In this document: piece by piece, positions 25,590 to 35,322 of the stretch
How the letters are laid out: each line of letters starts with the position of its first letter
Position numbering within the stretch: the stretch's first letter is position 1
DNA from: an uncultured Eubacteriales bacterium
Lineage (GTDB): Bacteria > Bacillota > Clostridia > Oscillospirales > Acutalibacteraceae
DNA length: 64,000 nt
NCBI GenBank assembly: GCA_900322085.1
Contig: ONYN01000122.1
Coordinates: forward strand, 460 to 64,459
Reading direction: 5' to 3'
Position numbers and translations under genes: made by a program
The notes under the pieces: model-generated
The model's input: only the letters and a program-made list of their open reading frames with translations
Database searches by the model: none
Told to the model about the DNA's origin: nothing

Positions 25590-26706
25590 TCACGCACTGC
25601 TTTCCGCAAGCTCCTCGCACCGCTGGCTGAACTGCCCTCCCTCCGCAAGACTCTGCGAAGGCTACGACGACAAAGGCAGCGATTTCGCAGCCGAGGGTAC
25701 CGACGCTCATGCGCTCTGCGAATACAAGCTGCGCAAGGCTCTGGGCATGGAGGCCGAGGACCCGACCGAGAACCTCACTTGGTACAACACCGAGATGGAA
25801 GATTGCGCATCCGGTTATGTGGCCTTCGTGCTGGAGCTCATCGAAGAGGCCAAGAAGACCTGCGCCGACCCTGTGATCCTGATCGAGCAGCGGCTTGACT
25901 ACTCCAAGTATGTCAAGGACGGCTTCGGCACCGGCGACTGCGTCATCATCGCAGACGGAACGCTGAACATCGTCGACTACAAGCACGGTCGCGGCGTACT
26001 GGTCGAAGCAGAAGAAAATCCGCAGATGAAGCTGTACGCCCTCGGCGCTCTGGAGCTGTTCGACGACATCTACGACATCGACACCGTCAGCATGACCATC
26101 TACCAACCGCGCAGATCAAATGTCAGCACCTTCACCATTCCGAAGGATGAACTCTATGAATGGGCCGAGCAGGTCTTGGCACCGACAGCAGAGCTCGCCT
26201 TTGAAGGCAGCGGTGATTATCACTGCGGCGAATGGTGTCAGTTCTGCAAGGCAAAAGCCGACTGCCGGGAACGCGCAAAGGCCAACATGGAGCTCGCACG
26301 ATTCGAGTTCCGGCAACCGCCTCTGTTGTCCGACGAAGAGGTCGAGGAAGTTCTCCGCAAGGTGGACGACCTGATTTCTTGGGCATCGGACATCAAGGAC
26401 TACGCGCTGCAGGCGGCCATCAGCGGCAAACACTGGTCCGGCTACAAGCTGGTCGAAGGCCGCTCCAACCGCAAGTACACAGACGAGAATGCCGTCATCG
26501 CAGCTGTTTCCGCTGCCGGGTATGACCCCTATGAACACAAGGTTCTCGGCGTAACAGCTATGACCACGCTTCTCGGAAAGAAGCAATTCAACGACATCCT
26601 TGGAGGCCTCATCACGAAGCCTCAAGGCAAACCGACGCTGGTGCCGGACAGCGATAAGAGACCGGCAATGACAACCATTACTGATGATTTTAAGGAGGAC
26701 AACTAA
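25582..26706 (+). CDS. DUF2800-type PD-(D/E)xK (Cas4/RecB-like) nuclease with Cys cluster
   Basis: The N-terminus starts MGNHALLSASSSHRWLNCP. Motifs include GTDAHALCEY, GTGDCVIIADGTLNIVDYKHG and a C-terminal CGEWCQFCKAKADC. Its position ahead of DUF2815 and PolA is the known module order. Confidence 0.75.
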   Translation: MGNHALLSASSSHRWLNCPPSARLCEGYDDKGSDFAAEGTDAHALCEYKLRKALGMEAEDPTENLTWYNTEMEDCASGYVAFVLELIEEAKKTCADPVILIEQRLDYSKYVKDGFGTGDCVIIADGTLNIVDYKHGRGVLVEAEENPQMKLYALGALELFDDIYDIDTVSMTIYQPRRSNVSTFTIPKDELYEWAEQVLAPTAELAFEGSGDYHCGEWCQFCKAKADCRERAKANMELARFEFRQPPLLSDEEVEEVLRKVDDLISWASDIKDYALQAAISGKHWSGYKLVEGRSNRKYTDENAVIAAVSAAGYDPYEHKVLGVTAMTTLLGKKQFNDILGGLITKPQGKPTLVPDSDKRPAMTTITDDFKEDN

Positions 26707-27279
26707 ATGTCAAACACTACTAAACTCGCAAGCCCCATGAAGGTTATTACTGGCAAGGACACTCGCTGGTCCTACGCCAATGTCTGGGAAGCAAAGTCTA
26801 TCAACGGCGGCACTCCCAAGTTCTCTGTATCCCTTATCATCCCGAAAGCCGACACCGCGACCGTTCAGAAGGTCAAGGCTGCAATCCAGGCCGCCTATGA
26901 AGAGGGTCAGGCCAAGCTCAAGGGCAATGGTCGCACGGTACCGCCTCTGTCTGCCATCAAAACGCCTCTGCGCGACGGTGACACCGAGCGCCCTGATGAT
27001 CCGGCCTATGCTGGCTGCTACTTCATCAACGCCAACTCCGCGACGGCTCCCGGTATCGTCGATGCCGACTGTAACCCGATTCTGTCCCGCTCCGAAGTTT
27101 ACTCCGGCGTGTACGGCAGAGCCAGCATCAACTTCTACGCCTTCAACTCGAACGGAAATAAGGGCATTGCCTGCGGCCTGAACAATCTTCAGAAGATCCG
27201 CGACGGCGAACCCCTCGGCGGCAAGGCAAGCGCTGCGTCCGACTTCTCGACCGACGCAGATGAAGACTTCTTGTCTTAA
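26707..27279 (+). CDS. DUF2815-type phage ssDNA-binding-like protein
   Basis: The protein is 190 aa and sits between DUF2800 and PolA. Matching segments are RWSYANVWE ... FSVSLIIPK ... YAFNSNGNKGIACGLNN. Confidence 0.65.
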   Translation: MSNTTKLASPMKVITGKDTRWSYANVWEAKSINGGTPKFSVSLIIPKADTATVQKVKAAIQAAYEEGQAKLKGNGRTVPPLSAIKTPLRDGDTERPDDPAYAGCYFINANSATAPGIVDADCNPILSRSEVYSGVYGRASINFYAFNSNGNKGIACGLNNLQKIRDGEPLGGKASAASDFSTDADEDFLS

Positions 27280-27291
27280 GGAGGTGCCGAT

Positions 27292-27543
27292 ATGGAAAAC
27301 ATCACCGGAATTCTCTGCATCCTGCTCCTGTCCCTGTGGCTCCTTCTGGCACTGTTCTGGATCGTCAGGTCCATCATCGACGCTGTTGAGGAACACAAGC
27401 GTGAAAAGCGCAACGCAGCCCTTGATGCTGAACGTGAACAGCGTAATGCAAAATGGGAAGCCGAGCGCCAGCAGATTGAGCGTGACCGTGCCATCCGTGA
27501 GGTGGAATACCACGAAGCCCGCATGAAGCAGCTTAACGAATAA
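27292..27543 (+). CDS. Small membrane-anchored coiled-coil protein
   Basis: It has one N-terminal TM helix (ILCILLLSLWLLLALFWIV) and then a charged helix. The RBS is AGGAGG. Confidence 0.6.
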   Translation: MENITGILCILLLSLWLLLALFWIVRSIIDAVEEHKREKRNAALDAEREQRNAKWEAERQQIERDRAIREVEYHEARMKQLNE

Positions 27544-27610
27544 CCGTAACGGCCTACGGGTGGCGGGAGTCATCTCGTCACCCGGTCAGGCTATGAGAAG
27601 GACAATGTGT

Positions 27611-29593
27611 ATGAAAACTTTGAGTATCGATATTGAAACATACAGCAGCGTGGATCTGGCCAAGTGCGGTGTCTACAAATACACCGAAGCACCGGACTTT
27701 GAAATTCTGCTGTTCGGTTACTCCGTAGACGGAAGCAGCGTCCGGACAGTCGATCTTGCCTGTGGCGAAACCTTACCGCCGGAGGTTATTGCGGCCCTGA
27801 TCGATGACCGCATCATCAAATGGGCTTTCAACGCACAATTTGAACGCATCTGCCTATCCCGTTGGCTCCGTGATCACGACGCATTCGATAACACCGGCTA
27901 CAGCATCCCAGAGGATACCGTCGGGGACTATCTTGATCCGGCTTCTTGGCGCTGCACGATGATCTGGTCGGCGTATATGGGATTGCCTTTATCACTTGAA
28001 GGCGTCGGCGCTGTTCTCGGCCTCGAAAGGCAGAAACTGACTGAAGGAAAAGACCTCATCAAATACTTCTGCCAGCCTTGCGCTCCTACGAAGACGAACG
28101 GTGGCCGCACCCGCAATCTGCCTGCAAACGCTCCGGACAAGTGGGAGGCATTCAAAACCTACAACATTCGGGACGTGGATGTGGAGATGTCCATTCAGGA
28201 AAAGCTGCGTAAGTTCCCGGTTCCGGACAGCGTCTGGGACGAATACCACCTCGATCAGGAAATCAACGACAGAGGCGTTTCCCTCGACATGGCGCTTGTC
28301 CGTGCCGCCATCGAAATGGACACCCGGTCCCGCTCAGAGCTGACCGCTGCCATGAAAAAGCTCACCGCGCTGGATAATCCGAACTCGGTGCAGCAGATGA
28401 AGCAGTGGCTTTCGGATAACGGTCTGGAGGTGGATTCCCTCGGAAAGAAGGAAGTCGCCGAGATGATTAAAACCGCTCCGGCTGAGCTGCAGAAGGTGCT
28501 TCTTCTCCGACAGCAGCTCGCAAAATCGTCGGTGAAGAAGTATCAGGCGATGGAAAAGGCGGTCTGCGCTGATGGTCGAGCCAGAGGCATGTTTCAGTTC
28601 TATGGTGCCAACCGCACAGGCCGCTGGGCAGGCCGACTCATCCAGATGCAAAACCTGCCACAGAACCACCTGTCAGATTTGGAACAGGCACGTGGGCTTG
28701 TCCGCGCCGGTAACTTTGATGCCGTGGAACTTCTCTATGAAGATGTTCCGGATACGCTCTCGCAGCTGATCCGTACCGCATTCGTACCGAAGGCCGGATA
28801 CAAGTTCATCGTTTCCGACTTCTCTGCAATCGAAGCCAGAGTTCTGGCTTGGTTTGCCGGTGAAGCATGGCGTCAGGAGGTCTTTGAAAAAGGCGACGAT
28901 ATCTACTGCGCCTCTGCCTCACAGATGTTCAAGGTGCCGGTGGAAAAGCACGGCATCAATGGCCACCTCCGGCAGAAAGGCAAAATCGCGGAATTGGCGC
29001 TCGGCTACGGAGGGTCCGTAGGTGCGCTCAAAGCGATGGGAGCACTGGAAATGGGCCTGCAGGAAGGCGAGCTTCAGCCGCTGGTCACCGCATGGCGAAA
29101 CTCGAATCAGAACATCGTCCGCTTCTGGTGGGACATAGACCGGGCCGCCATGAATGCCCTGAAATACCGTACCGAGGAGTATGTCGGTGACATCCACTTC
29201 GTCTATCAGAGCGGCATGCTTTTTATCACGCTCCCGTCCGGAAGAAGGCTGTCCTATGTAAAGCCGAAACTCGGTGTAAATCAGTTCGGCGGCGAATGCA
29301 TCACCTACGAAGGCGTCGGCAGCACAAAGAAATGGGAGCGGCTTGATACCTACGGTCCGAAACTCGTCGAGAACATTGTTCAGGCAACTTCCCGCGACAT
29401 TCTGTGCTATGCCATGCGGACGCTCAGCCACTGCTTTATTACGATGCACATCCACGATGAGCTGGTCATTGAAGCCAGTCCGAAGGTCAGCCTTTCTGTC
29501 CTCTGTGAGCAGATGGGCCGGACGCCACCGTGGGCAAGCGGCCTGAAGCTCCGAGCCGATGGCTACGAGACCATGTTCTACAAAAAAGACTAA
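27611..29593 (+). CDS. Family A DNA polymerase (PolA-like, with 3'-5' exonuclease motif)
   Basis: Motifs are LSIDIETYS (Exo I), RTGRWAGRLIQMQNLP, SDFSAIEARVLAW (motif A), KGKIAELALGYGG (motif B) and HIHDELVIE (motif C). The ATG at 27611 follows a GAAGGA RBS. Confidence 0.85.
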   Translation: MKTLSIDIETYSSVDLAKCGVYKYTEAPDFEILLFGYSVDGSSVRTVDLACGETLPPEVIAALIDDRIIKWAFNAQFERICLSRWLRDHDAFDNTGYSIPEDTVGDYLDPASWRCTMIWSAYMGLPLSLEGVGAVLGLERQKLTEGKDLIKYFCQPCAPTKTNGGRTRNLPANAPDKWEAFKTYNIRDVDVEMSIQEKLRKFPVPDSVWDEYHLDQEINDRGVSLDMALVRAAIEMDTRSRSELTAAMKKLTALDNPNSVQQMKQWLSDNGLEVDSLGKKEVAEMIKTAPAELQKVLLLRQQLAKSSVKKYQAMEKAVCADGRARGMFQFYGANRTGRWAGRLIQMQNLPQNHLSDLEQARGLVRAGNFDAVELLYEDVPDTLSQLIRTAFVPKAGYKFIVSDFSAIEARVLAWFAGEAWRQEVFEKGDDIYCASASQMFKVPVEKHGINGHLRQKGKIAELALGYGGSVGALKAMGALEMGLQEGELQPLVTAWRNSNQNIVRFWWDIDRAAMNALKYRTEEYVGDIHFVYQSGMLFITLPSGRRLSYVKPKLGVNQFGGECITYEGVGSTKKWERLDTYGPKLVENIVQATSRDILCYAMRTLSHCFITMHIHDELVIEASPKVSLSVLCEQMGRTPPWASGLKLRADGYETMFYKKD

Positions 29594-29606
29594 TTGGAGG
29601 TGCCTT

Positions 29607-30029
29607 ATGGCTGAATACAAAAACGCAGAAGGCTATGCGGACCCTACCGCATTCGGTGCCTTCTGTGCCATAGAAAAAGAAGAAAAAGCGCTCCGAGCAT
29701 TCAGGCCAATCGTGTATATCTGCAGCCCATATGCCGGAGACATAGAAAACAACACCGCAGCTGCAAGGCGTTACAGCCGGTATGCTGTGGAGTCCGGATA
29801 CATCCCAATTGCACCACACCTGCTGTTCCCGCAGTTCCTTGATGACCACAATCCCAAAGAACGCGAGCTCGGTTTATTCTTCGGCAATGCCATCATGAGC
29901 AAATGCGCCGAGGTGTGGGTGTTTGGAGAGCGCATCTCCGATGGGATGGACGCGGAAATCAAACGTGCCACTTGGAAAGGCCACCGAATCCGCTACTTCA
30001 GCGAGAACTGCGAGGAGGTTACAAGATGA
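29607..30029 (+). CDS. DUF4406 / nucleoside 2-deoxyribosyltransferase-like phage protein
   Basis: The segment IVYICSPYAGDIENNTAAARRYSRYAVESGYIPIAPHLLF ... CAEVWVFGERISDGMDAEI fits the DUF4406 pattern. Confidence 0.55.
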   Translation: MAEYKNAEGYADPTAFGAFCAIEKEEKALRAFRPIVYICSPYAGDIENNTAAARRYSRYAVESGYIPIAPHLLFPQFLDDHNPKERELGLFFGNAIMSKCAEVWVFGERISDGMDAEIKRATWKGHRIRYFSENCEEVTR

Positions 30030-32287
30030 ATTTTACGATTTACCATGCCGACTGCATTGGGATCGCAGGCAACTGCTCCTATCCGCATGAGGTCACTGTC
30101 ACGGATAAAGACTCCTTGCTGAAGGCGGTCGAACACGACTATGTCTGTGCCGAGTACAAGGGCAGCTATCGCAGCAACGACAACTTCATCGGGAGCAACT
30201 GTCTGCCGGTTGATTGCGACAACGACCACAGCGAAGATCCGGATGACTGGATCTATCCTTCCGATGTCGCTGCTGCTTTTCCCGGTGTGGCGTTTGCGGT
30301 CCATTTCAGCCGGAACCACATGAAGAAGAAAAACGGCAAAGCTGCAAGGCCGAAGTTCCATGTGTTCTTTGCCATTGATCCGCTGACTGATGCGGCACAA
30401 TACAGCGACATGAAAAAGCAGGTCAATGCCGCATTTCCGTACTTTGACACCAAGGCTCTCGACGCAGCGAGGTTCTTCTTCGGGACCGACAAGCCGGAGG
30501 TTGAGATCTTCGATGGGCCTATGACGCTGACCACATTCCTCACCGACGATGACTTTGATGCGGCGATGGATGCCGGAAACTATGGTGAAATCCCTATCCC
30601 GGAAGGCAGCCGCAACTCCACCATGTCGCACTATGCCGGACGGATTCTGAAGCGCTACGGAAACACCGACGAGGCTCACGCCCACTTCGCAGAGATCGCA
30701 GCGCGGTGCGTTCCTCCGCTGGAGCAGTCCGAGCTTGACAGCATCTGGCGCAGTGCGCAGCGCTTCTATGGCAAGGTCTCTACTCAGGAAGGCTATATCC
30801 CGCCGGAGCAGTACAATCAGGACCTTCTGCTCAAGCCGTCGGATTATTCCGATGTCGGGCAGGCCGTTGTTCTGGCGCGGGAGTATGAAGGCAAGCTGCG
30901 CTATTCTCCGTCAACAGACTTCCTTGTCTATAACGGCAGCTTCTGGGAGGAGACCAAGCCCAAGTCTCAGGGCATCGCGCAGGAGCTCACCACCCGCCAG
31001 CTTGAGGAGGCCGAAACCGAAATCAAGAAGACCACCGACGAGATGGTGAAAAACGGTGCGTGGGAGATTCTCGCCTCGATGGGTCCGAAGAAGGCTGCGT
31101 CCGTCTTCAGCTCGGAACAGGCTCGTTCCTTCCAGAAATACGAGAATGCAACAACCTACAGGAACTACGCCATCAAGCGCCGGGACTCAAAATACATCAC
31201 TGCTGCGCTGAAAGAAGCTCGACCGATGGTGGAGATCGACCAGCGCGACCTTGATGCCGATGAGTTCCTGCTCAACACTCCGTCGGCTACCTACGACCTG
31301 CGGCTCGGCATTACGGCGGTCCATGAGCACGAAGCCACCGACTTCATCACCAAGCAGACGACCGTTGACCCGTCCGACGACGGCAAGGATATCTGGCACG
31401 ATGCGCTCGATACTTTCTTCTGCGGCGACGCTGACCTTATCCGCTATGTGCAGGAGATCGCCGGTCTTGCTGCTATCGGCAAGGTGCATATTGAAGGCCT
31501 TGTAATTGCCTACGGTGAAGGCCGCAACGGTAAGTCCACCTTCTGGAACACGATCTCCCGCGTCCTCGGCACCTACAGTGGCAACATGTCCGCAGACACC
31601 TTGACGGTCGGCTGCAAGCGCAACGTAAAGCCGGAGCTGGCCGAAGTTAAGGGCAAGCGCCTCATTATCGCGGCAGAGTTGGAAGAAGGTATGCGCCTGA
31701 ACACATCTAACGTGAAACAGCTCTGCTCGACGGACGAGATCTATGCCGAGAAGAAGTACAAGGACCCGTTCAGCTTCGTACCAAGCCACACGCTGGTGCT
31801 CTATACCAACCACCTGCCGAAAGTCGGTGCGATTGATGCCGGTACATGGCGCAGGCTGATCGTGATTCCGTTCAACGCCAAGATCGAGGGCAAATCCGAC
31901 ATCAAGAACTATGCCGACTATCTTTTCGAGCACGCTGGCGGAGCGGTCCTCAAGTGGATCATGGACGGTGCCAAACGCGCCATCGACAAGGACTACCACA
32001 TTGATAAGCCCGCTGTCGTGGTGGAGGCAATCAAGAAGTACAAGGATAATAACGACTGGCTCACGCAGTTCCTCGACGAATGCTGCGAGGTCGGTCCTGC
32101 CCTGACCGCCAAGTCCGGTGAGGTCTACAACGCATACCGCAGCTATTGCACGCAGGTGGGCGACTATATCCGCAGCACGACAGATTTCTACGTAGCTCTT
32201 GAATCCGCAGGCGGTTTCGATAGGCACAAAACGAAAAAGGGAGTCGTGATTTACGGGCTCCAGCTCAAGTCAGATTTCATGGAATAA
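30026..32287 (+). CDS. Primase/helicase (PriCT-type primase N-terminus + P4/D5-family NTPase)
   Basis: The PriCT-like segment is IPEGSRNSTMSHYAGRILKRYG. The Walker A is AYGEGRNGKSTFWNTISRVLG, and the Walker B-like segment is KRLIIAAELEEG. The ATGA start overlaps the upstream stop. Confidence 0.8.
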   Translation: MNFTIYHADCIGIAGNCSYPHEVTVTDKDSLLKAVEHDYVCAEYKGSYRSNDNFIGSNCLPVDCDNDHSEDPDDWIYPSDVAAAFPGVAFAVHFSRNHMKKKNGKAARPKFHVFFAIDPLTDAAQYSDMKKQVNAAFPYFDTKALDAARFFFGTDKPEVEIFDGPMTLTTFLTDDDFDAAMDAGNYGEIPIPEGSRNSTMSHYAGRILKRYGNTDEAHAHFAEIAARCVPPLEQSELDSIWRSAQRFYGKVSTQEGYIPPEQYNQDLLLKPSDYSDVGQAVVLAREYEGKLRYSPSTDFLVYNGSFWEETKPKSQGIAQELTTRQLEEAETEIKKTTDEMVKNGAWEILASMGPKKAASVFSSEQARSFQKYENATTYRNYAIKRRDSKYITAALKEARPMVEIDQRDLDADEFLLNTPSATYDLRLGITAVHEHEATDFITKQTTVDPSDDGKDIWHDALDTFFCGDADLIRYVQEIAGLAAIGKVHIEGLVIAYGEGRNGKSTFWNTISRVLGTYSGNMSADTLTVGCKRNVKPELAEVKGKRLIIAAELEEGMRLNTSNVKQLCSTDEIYAEKKYKDPFSFVPSHTLVLYTNHLPKVGAIDAGTWRRLIVIPFNAKIEGKSDIKNYADYLFEHAGGAVLKWIMDGAKRAIDKDYHIDKPAVVVEAIKKYKDNNDWLTQFLDECCEVGPALTAKSGEVYNAYRSYCTQVGDYIRSTTDFYVALESAGGFDRHKTKKGVVIYGLQLKSDFME

Positions 32288-32294
32288 CGGTAAA

Positions 32295-32390
32295 GGTGCA
32301 GGTCGTGAAGGTCTCTACTAAAACTTTTCTTAGGACCTTAAAAAATCAACTATAAGAAAAGTTCTGGAAATAACCTTCACGACCTGCACC
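32295..32390. repeat. 96-nt composite palindrome (18-bp outer + 11-bp inner perfect stems) with AT-rich core
   Basis: ggtgcaggtcgtgaaggt (32295-32312) pairs with accttcacgacctgcacc (32373-32390). aacttttctta (32322-32332) pairs with taagaaaagtt (32353-32363). There is no T tract afterwards. Confidence 0.85.
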
Positions 32391-32419
32391 CACCCATTAA
32401 TTCCTGATGGAGGAGCATT

Positions 32420-32701
32420 ATGCGAGAGAAAACCATAGAACAGAAATTAGTCAATACAGTGAAAAGCTACGGCGGCATAGCGCCCAAGTTCGTGAGTCCC
32501 GGCTTTGGCGGCATGCCGGACAGACTGGTGCTGCTGCCGAACGGAAAAGTCGGATTTGTGGAGGTCAAGGCACCGGGCAAGGAACCGAGACCTTTGCAGG
32601 TAGCCAGACACGAACTTCTTAGGCGGCTCGGCTTCAAGGTGTTTGTGCTGGACAATCCGGAGCAGATTGGAGGAATACTTGATGCAATACGAACCACATG
32701 A
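32420..32701 (+). CDS. VRR-NUC domain nuclease
   Basis: The segment GMPDRLVLLPNGKVGFVEVKAPGKEPRPLQ ... GFKVFVLD is the typical VRR-NUC PD-(D/E)xK core. Confidence 0.8.
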   Translation: MREKTIEQKLVNTVKSYGGIAPKFVSPGFGGMPDRLVLLPNGKVGFVEVKAPGKEPRPLQVARHELLRRLGFKVFVLDNPEQIGGILDAIRTT

Positions 32702-34046
32702 CTATCAGAAATACGCGATCCGCTATATCGAGGATCACCCCTTTGCAGCAGTTCTGCTGGACATGGGCCTCGGCAAAACGAGCATTACGCTCTCGGCGAT
32801 TGCAGACCTTCTGTTTGACAGCTTCGAGGTTCACAAGGTGCTGGTCATCGCCCCTCTCCGCGTAGCACGTGACACATGGAGTGCGGAAATTCAGAAATGG
32901 GACCAGCTACATGGCCTGACTTATTCCGTAGCGGTCGGTACTGAGGCAGAACGCAAAGCGGCCCTCAACCGGAAAGCTGACATCTACATCATCAACCGTG
33001 AGAACGTGCAGTGGCTCATCGACCAGAGCAAGATCCCGTTTGATTATGACATGGTGGTGGTAGACGAGCTCTCGTCCTTCAAGAATCACCAGTCAAAGCG
33101 CTTCAAAGCACTGATGCAGGTGCGGCCCAAGCTAAAGCGCGTAGTCGGGCTGACCGGCACTCCAGCTTCCAATGGTCTGATGGATCTGTGGGCAGAGTTC
33201 AAGGTCATCGACATGGGAAAGCGCCTCGGACGCTTCATTTCCCACTATCGCCAGAACTACTTTGTCCCGGACAAGATGAACGGGCAGATCGTTTACAGCT
33301 ATCGCCCCAGACCCGGAGCCGAAGACGCCATATATCGGCAAATCTCGGATATCACCATTTCCATGAAATCGACGGACCACATCAAGATGCCGGATCTCGT
33401 TTCTACGGAATACAAGGTCTATCTCTCCCCGGACGAGCAGGAAGTCTACGATGACATGAAAAAGCAGTTCGTTTTGGACCTCCCTGCAGGCGAAATATCC
33501 GCAGCGAATGCCGCAGTCCTCTCCGGCAAGCTGTCCCAGATGGCAAACGGCGCGATATATGACGATAACGGCGGCATGGTGGAAATCCATAGCCAAAAAC
33601 TCGACGCTCTGGAAGACATCATCGAATCCGCAAATGGGAAACCCCTTCTGGTGGCCTATTGGTATCAGCACGATCTGAACCGGATCATGAAAAGGCTGCA
33701 TGAGCGGCATATCCCGTTTTCCAAGCTGGACTCTGCCGACAGTATCCGCAGATGGAACAATGGCGAAATCCCGGTAGCGCTGATTCACCCAGCCTCTGCC
33801 GGTCATGGCCTGAATCTTCAGTCCGGCGGGAACCACATCGTGTGGTACGGCCTGACATGGTCCCTTGAGCTCTACTCACAGACCATAGCAAGGCTCTGGC
33901 GACAAGGCCAAACGGAAGAAACGGTGATTGTGCAGCACATCGTAGCCGAAGGCACCATTGATGAGCAGATTCTCCGAGCTCTGAAGGCCAAGGACAAAAC
34001 ACAGTCTGCTTTAATCGCTGCAGTAAAGGCTAACCTGAAAATCTAA
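32682..34046 (+). CDS. SNF2-family helicase
   Basis: Motifs are DYQKYAIRYI, LDMGLGKT (I), VVDELSSFKN (II), LTGTPASNG (III), SAGHGLNLQSGGNHIVWYGLTW (V) and RLWRQGQ (VI). The ATG at 32682 follows GGAGGA. Confidence 0.85.
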   Translation: MQYEPHDYQKYAIRYIEDHPFAAVLLDMGLGKTSITLSAIADLLFDSFEVHKVLVIAPLRVARDTWSAEIQKWDQLHGLTYSVAVGTEAERKAALNRKADIYIINRENVQWLIDQSKIPFDYDMVVVDELSSFKNHQSKRFKALMQVRPKLKRVVGLTGTPASNGLMDLWAEFKVIDMGKRLGRFISHYRQNYFVPDKMNGQIVYSYRPRPGAEDAIYRQISDITISMKSTDHIKMPDLVSTEYKVYLSPDEQEVYDDMKKQFVLDLPAGEISAANAAVLSGKLSQMANGAIYDDNGGMVEIHSQKLDALEDIIESANGKPLLVAYWYQHDLNRIMKRLHERHIPFSKLDSADSIRRWNNGEIPVALIHPASAGHGLNLQSGGNHIVWYGLTWSLELYSQTIARLWRQGQTEETVIVQHIVAEGTIDEQILRALKAKDKTQSALIAAVKANLKI

Positions 34047-34113
34047 AGACAATCTTCGACAAAATTCGACAATCCGTGCCAATCCGAGTGATCACAAATT
34101 CGGAGGTGCGACT

Positions 34114-34305
34114 TTGAACCCATACGAGAATCTGGCAAACGCCATCATTCTACAAGCGGTCAAGGATTACCGACTGACCGACGACGAGCGGGAGCTTCAG
34201 GAAATTGAGCGCTTCTTTCGTTCCGGCTGGTTCGGCATCCTGTCAAAAGTCGATCCGGAATTCCTCATCAAAGAGTTACGGAAGGAGAAGCGAAATGACC
34301 GCTAA
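34114..34305 (+). CDS. Hypothetical small phage protein (63 aa)
   Basis: It has a TTG start after a GGAGGTG RBS. I recognise no motif. Confidence 0.45.
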   Translation: MNPYENLANAIILQAVKDYRLTDDERELQEIERFFRSGWFGILSKVDPEFLIKELRKEKRNDR

Positions 34306-34720
34306 AGAATATCTGTCACAGGCCCGGACGCTGGACATGCGGATTAAATCCAAGCTCCAGCAGATCGAGTCCCTAAATGAACTGGCCACTTCCTGCACCG
34401 TTGTTTACAGCGACATGCCCAGAAACCCGAATCGTGGCGGCTCCAAAATAGAGCGGGCCGTTTTGAAGATAATCGAGGTTGAGGACAGCCTGAAACACGA
34501 CGTCGAGGATTTGGTAGAACTGAAGAAGGAGATCATGGCCACAATCCACGCCGTTTCGGATGTTGAACTGCAAACCCTGCTGGAGAAGCGCTATTTATGC
34601 TTCCTCTCGTGGGAGAAGATTGCGGTTGAAATGCATTACAGTATCCAGCACATTTACCGGATGCACGACACGGCACTTTCCTGTGTGGCCGCTATCATGA
34701 GAGTAAATGAGAGAGATTGA
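34295..34720 (+). CDS. Candidate late-gene transcriptional regulator (sigma region-4-like HTH; DUF1492/ArpU-like position)
   Basis: The C-terminus, LQTLLEKRYLCFLSWEKIAVEMHYSIQHIYRMHDTAL, is HTH-like. The gene sits immediately upstream of the HNH/TerS packaging genes. The RBS is GGAAGGAG. Confidence 0.5.
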   Translation: MTAKEYLSQARTLDMRIKSKLQQIESLNELATSCTVVYSDMPRNPNRGGSKIERAVLKIIEVEDSLKHDVEDLVELKKEIMATIHAVSDVELQTLLEKRYLCFLSWEKIAVEMHYSIQHIYRMHDTALSCVAAIMRVNERD

Positions 34721-34829
34721 GAGTCGCCTCTTATGATAGTATTAAGATGGACAAAGTGAAACATACAGAAGCCTTGTGGGAGCCCTCTCCTGCAGGGCTT
34801 TTCTGTTGCCCAGAAAGCGAGGTGAAACG

Positions 34830-35177
34830 ATGCCAAGGCGACCAAAGAAGCCGTGTCGTTACCCCGGCTGTCCTAACCTGACGGACGAGCTCTACTGTCC
34901 GGAACACGCAAAGCTGGCCCGTGGCCAGTACAACAAGTACGAACGCAGCCCCGACGTCAACAAGAAATACGGCAGGGCTTGGAAGCGGATCAGGGACAGG
35001 TATGTCAAGGCCCACCCGTTGTGTGAAATGTGTTTGAAGGAAGGCCGACTCACTCCGGTCGAAGAAGTCCACCACATTCGCCCGATATCACAAGGCGGCA
35101 CACACGCGGAAAGCAATCTGATGAGTCTTTGCCAGTCCTGCCACACGAAGATCCACCACGAGCTTGGCGACAGGTGA
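34830..35177 (+). CDS. HNH endonuclease (packaging-associated)
   Basis: Motifs are CEMCLKEGR ... EEVHHIRPISQGGTH..SNLMSLCQSCHTKIHH. It is adjacent to the terminase small subunit. Confidence 0.85.
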   Translation: MPRRPKKPCRYPGCPNLTDELYCPEHAKLARGQYNKYERSPDVNKKYGRAWKRIRDRYVKAHPLCEMCLKEGRLTPVEEVHHIRPISQGGTHAESNLMSLCQSCHTKIHHELGDR

Positions 35178-35322
35178 TAGTTCTTCCGTCCTTCTCCGCA
35201 CCGGGTAGGGCCGGTCAAATCTCTACGACCTTTCGATGCGGACAGCGGCGTGGGGTCACGAACGCAAAAATCAGAAATCAAACGGGGTATTAACCCCAGA
35301 CACGGAAAGTGAGGTGAAATGT

